Source of the DNA: an uncultured bacterium
GTDB lineage: Bacteria > Verrucomicrobiota > Verrucomicrobiia > Verrucomicrobiales > V1-33
Assembly: GCA_903936775.1 (NCBI GenBank)
Contig: CAIZWU010000201.1
Coordinates: forward strand, 2,992-66,991
Direction of reading: 5' to 3'
DNA: 64,000 nucleotides
The notes under the pieces are model-generated. The model was not told where the DNA came from. It ran no database searches and saw only the letters and a list, made by a program, of their open reading frames with translations. Every line of letters begins with the position of its first letter. The first letter of the stretch is position 1. Shown here in pieces: positions 61,404 to 64,000 of this stretch. Made by a program: the position numbers and the translations under genes.

Positions 61404-62714
61404 CTAGTCGAAACGGATGCGCGGGTTGAGCGCGGCGATCAGAAGGTCGGACAGGAGATTGCCGACCATCAGCAGGGCGGATGAGAGCGTGATCAGAGCC
61501 ATCATGGTGGTGTAGTCGCGGTGCAGGGCGGACTCGAACCCGAGTTGGCCGATGCCGGGGATGTCGAAGACGTTTTCAATCAACACCGAACCCGTGAGGA
61601 TCAGACTGACATTCTGGCCGAAGGTGGAGGCGATGGGGATAATGGCGTTGCGCAGGGCGTGGCCGGTGATGGCTTTGGAGAAGGATACCCCCTTGGCGAC
61701 CGCGGTGCGGACGTAATCGGTAGCCAACACGTCCATCAGGCTGTTTTTCATCAGAAAAGAATACATCGTCCAACTGCCGATCATGTAGCATACGAGGGGC
61801 AGGGCGGCGTGGTGGAGCAGGTCTTTGATTTTACCGAACGGGGAGAGGCTGACGTATTCCGTGCTGGTGAATCCGCTCATGGGAAACCAGTCGAAGCGGA
61901 AGGAAAACCAGAGCAGGAGGAGTGTTCCCAAGGCAAAACCAGGGATGGCGTAACCGACAAAAAGAGCAACGGAAGTGGCGTTGTCGAGGAAGGTGCGGTG
62001 ACGGATGGCCTTCACGATCCCGAGCGGGATCGCAATCAGGTAAGTCAGGATGGTGGTCAGGATTCCGTAAAACAGGGAAACCGGCAGGCGGCGGCTGATC
62101 AGGGTGGCCACCGGCTCGCCAGAGGACAGGGATTCCTGGAAATCGCCTTGAAGCAGACCGGATCGTTTTTCGCGGTAGGCCACAATGCGGTTGGCGTCCG
62201 GCTCAAAAGTCGTGCGCCCCTGCGGGTCAGTTTTTTCATCCAGACCGAACCGGACGGACCAGCCTTCCGGGGCTCCGGTTTCTGGCGGAGGAAATTGGAG
62301 ACGGGGCGGCTTGGACGGGTCCTTGAAGTCCAGGATCAGGGCCTTCCTGGAATAAGCTTTGCCGTCGGGATCGAGGTATCCCAGCAGCACCATGGGCTCG
62401 ATATTATCCTCGCCCAGGGGAACAAAGCGGGCGTTGACTTCGCGGGGCAGCAAGCCAAGCCACTTCAGATAGCCTGCCATAAAGCCATCGTTCATGGAAA
62501 ACTGCATGCGCAGCTGTTCCTTTTGATCTGGCGTCAGGGAGGAGCCGCCGGAACTCCCGGTGCGGCTGCGGGCTCCCTCCCCGGAGGCGGCCCGTTGCAG
62601 GGCCTGCTCATACGGTCCCCCGGGCAGGATCCGGGTCAGGCCGAACACGATCAAGGTCACCCCTAGCAGGGTCACCGGAATCAGCAGCAGGCGGCGGAAG
62701 AGGTAGGCGCGCAT
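61404..62714 (-). CDS. ABC importer permease (OppB/DppB/YejB-like) with enlarged periplasmic loop
   Basis: 436 aa. The OppB-type N-terminus is MRAYLFRRLLLIPVTLLGVTLIVFGL. A ~130-aa insert follows TM1, then the conserved permease core. Confidence 0.9.
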   Translation of the reverse strand: MRAYLFRRLLLIPVTLLGVTLIVFGLTRILPGGPYEQALQRAASGEGARSRTGSSGGSSLTPDQKEQLRMQFSMNDGFMAGYLKWLGLLPREVNARFVPLGEDNIEPMVLLGYLDPDGKAYSRKALILDFKDPSKPPRLQFPPPETGAPEGWSVRFGLDEKTDPQGRTTFEPDANRIVAYREKRSGLLQGDFQESLSSGEPVATLISRRLPVSLFYGILTTILTYLIAIPLGIVKAIRHRTFLDNATSVALFVGYAIPGFALGTLLLLWFSFRFDWFPMSGFTSTEYVSLSPFGKIKDLLHHAALPLVCYMIGSWTMYSFLMKNSLMDVLATDYVRTAVAKGVSFSKAITGHALRNAIIPIASTFGQNVSLILTGSVLIENVFDIPGIGQLGFESALHRDYTTMMALITLSSALLMVGNLLSDLLIAALNPRIRFD

Positions 62715-62763
62715 TCCGTGGGGGGCAGGAGCGCTGGGGAAACAGCTTGGGGCGGCGGTGGGA

Positions 62764-64000
62764 TCAGCGGGCTCCAGCCTGTGGGTCGAAATCGACAGGG
62801 ATGCGGACGGAAGGGAAATCCTTGAGGGTCAGGGAAAAGAGCAAGCCGTAATCGGTTTCACCGCGGTTATCCCGGATGGTGGCTCCGACGGCCGCGACCC
62901 AGCTGGTCAAGTCACGATGGATGCTGTATTGCTGGGTTTCGAGGGTGCTGTCGTCCAGTTCATAGCGCTCGTAGGCGCTGACGCCCCAGTTTTCATTGAT
63001 CCGGGCGTAAATGCGGAAGTCAACCAGACTGCTGTCCTCGAAGAAGGGATGATCCTGAAGCAAGCGATGCCCGAGGCTGAAGTCCAGGTAATCCGTGGGC
63101 ATAAAGGTCATGCGGGTGTTGATCTCCGAGAACTCGAAATCATCCCCGAAAACAGGCAGTTGGGCTCCGATCTCGGCGCGCATCCAAGGAAGGGGATTCC
63201 ATTCGATGTCCTGGTAGAGGTTGGAAATGTTGCGATCGTATTCCGGGTCCTCCACAAAGGTGTCGAAGTAGGTATTCGAGGACAACCAGTTCATGGTGGT
63301 GCCGTTGCGTTTGGTCTGAAGACGGTTGAAGACGCCGAGGCGCACGATGTTCCAGTCCTGCAGATTGTCGATGGCCGTGTAATTATTGACATCCAACGGG
63401 CGGGGACGGGTGGAAAGGGCGAGACGGTCAATTCCTCTGAACTGGGGGCCTTGGGGGTCCGCGCTCACAAAGGAGTAATTCATGTAAGGCTGGACCACAT
63501 GACGCAGCCCATCGACTCCGAGGGAGGGGATGCTGACGTCATCATAAACCCGGGAAAATTTGGCGCTGGTATCGACCCCGAGGGCGGCAATGACGCGGCC
63601 ACTGTCCTCAGGCGGGGCCGTGCCGCTGACCGAGGAATAGTTGGTATAGCCGACGCCGGCCCGGGGGGTGACGCTCAGCACTCCGCCGATGGTTTTGGGA
63701 AAGAGCACTTCATGATAGGTATGGAAGCGGTTGAATTCGGATTCCACGAGGCGGGCCCGCAGATCATCCAGAGTGGCATTGGTCAGGGCAGGATCAAGCG
63801 AGGCGGCAAGAAGTGGGTCGGAAAGCTTGTCGTCGAGATTCTTCACCCGTTCGCGCAGGCGGATTTCATCATCGGTGCCCAGTTGTTCCTGAAGAATGCC
63901 GAAACTGGTATTTCCGGAGTAGAAGAGCCCACTGTCGAAGATGGGCTGGCGGACCATGTCGAGGGCGACTTCGGGCAGGCGGGTATCGCTGGTGTAGAAA
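62764..64000 (-). CDS. lptD: LptD-like outer-membrane beta-barrel protein (N-terminus beyond window end)
   Basis: The frame stays open upstream of the first Met to the window edge (...FYTSDTRLPEVALDMVRQPIF). The sequence has an alternating beta-strand pattern. LRHVVQPYMNYSFV and IVRLGVFNRLQTKR resemble LptD/OstA C-terminal barrel blocks. Confidence 0.6.
   Translation of the reverse strand, partial: FYTSDTRLPEVALDMVRQPIFDSGLFYSGNTSFGILQEQLGTDDEIRLRERVKNLDDKLSDPLLAASLDPALTNATLDDLRARLVESEFNRFHTYHEVLFPKTIGGVLSVTPRAGVGYTNYSSVSGTAPPEDSGRVIAALGVDTSAKFSRVYDDVSIPSLGVDGLRHVVQPYMNYSFVSADPQGPQFRGIDRLALSTRPRPLDVNNYTAIDNLQDWNIVRLGVFNRLQTKRNGTTMNWLSSNTYFDTFVEDPEYDRNISNLYQDIEWNPLPWMRAEIGAQLPVFGDDFEFSEINTRMTFMPTDYLDFSLGHRLLQDHPFFEDSSLVDFRIYARINENWGVSAYERYELDDSTLETQQYSIHRDLTSWVAAVGATIRDNRGETDYGLLFSLTLKDFPSVRIPVDFDPQAGAR

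Noticed and set aside
1-64000. CRISPR arrays, IS elements or transposases, integrases, toxin-antitoxin pairs, and recognisable defence systems.
   Set aside because: I saw no regularly spaced direct repeats, terminal inverted repeats or transposase/integrase-like ORFs. All sizeable ORFs are accounted for by the features listed.

Overview
High-GC bacterial chromosomal window with about 50 genes, roughly 85% of them on the minus strand. The gene content suggests the PVC superphylum, probably Verrucomicrobiota; this is an inference, not a database result. The supporting genes are a PSCyt/DUF1549/DUF1553 + DUF1501 pair, a TPR-fronted secretin, a prepilin-type pseudopilin and a PQQ-like propeller.

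Contents in order:
- queA (truncated by the window edge), an alpha/beta hydrolase and 5-formyl-THF cyclo-ligase.
- A T2SS/T4P-like operon: two tandem GspE ATPases, GspF, an oversized GspG-like pseudopilin and a translationally coupled 13-TM GT-C-like membrane protein.
- A nitroreductase, a decayed Nudix remnant, a PQQ-like propeller, a secreted TIM-barrel-like protein and a VOC/PhnB-like pseudogene.
- An Rrf2 regulator with a Tat-exported protein of unknown function.
- tmRNA (ssrA), rsmI and an AraC regulator.
- DUF1501 + PSCyt giant pair, an M16 peptidase, glutathione peroxidase and TrmO.
- A secretin operon: secretin, a 613-aa bitopic protein, a purple-acid-phosphatase-like enzyme and a class IV aminotransferase.
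- An M42 peptidase, a low-GC islet carrying one small membrane protein, and sucB-sucA.
- An AI-2E transporter with a B12-binding-like tail, and a transglutaminase-family protein.
- Two adjacent decayed transporter genes (YihY/BrkB-like and ABCD/YddA-like).
- A membrane-anchored stress-protein cluster (DUF1328, YtxH-like, YqjE/YqjD-like fusion).
- A three-gene phosphorelay: CHASE3 hybrid kinase, REC-kinase and an NtrC-type sigma54 activator.
- A flavin reductase, a trypsin-like protease, a YejABEF-like peptide ABC importer and the 3' part of an LptD-like gene.

I saw no CRISPR array, IS element, integrase, rRNA or tRNA. I did not find an unambiguous, self-contained novel multi-gene system. The best leads are:
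1. The pseudopilin + GT-C pair.
2. The tandem GspE ATPases with a remote secretin-phosphatase operon.
3. Four independent pseudogenes, three carrying substitution-type stop codons.
4. The low-GC single-gene islet after sucB.

All homology statements come from motif recognition by eye and need database or structure confirmation.
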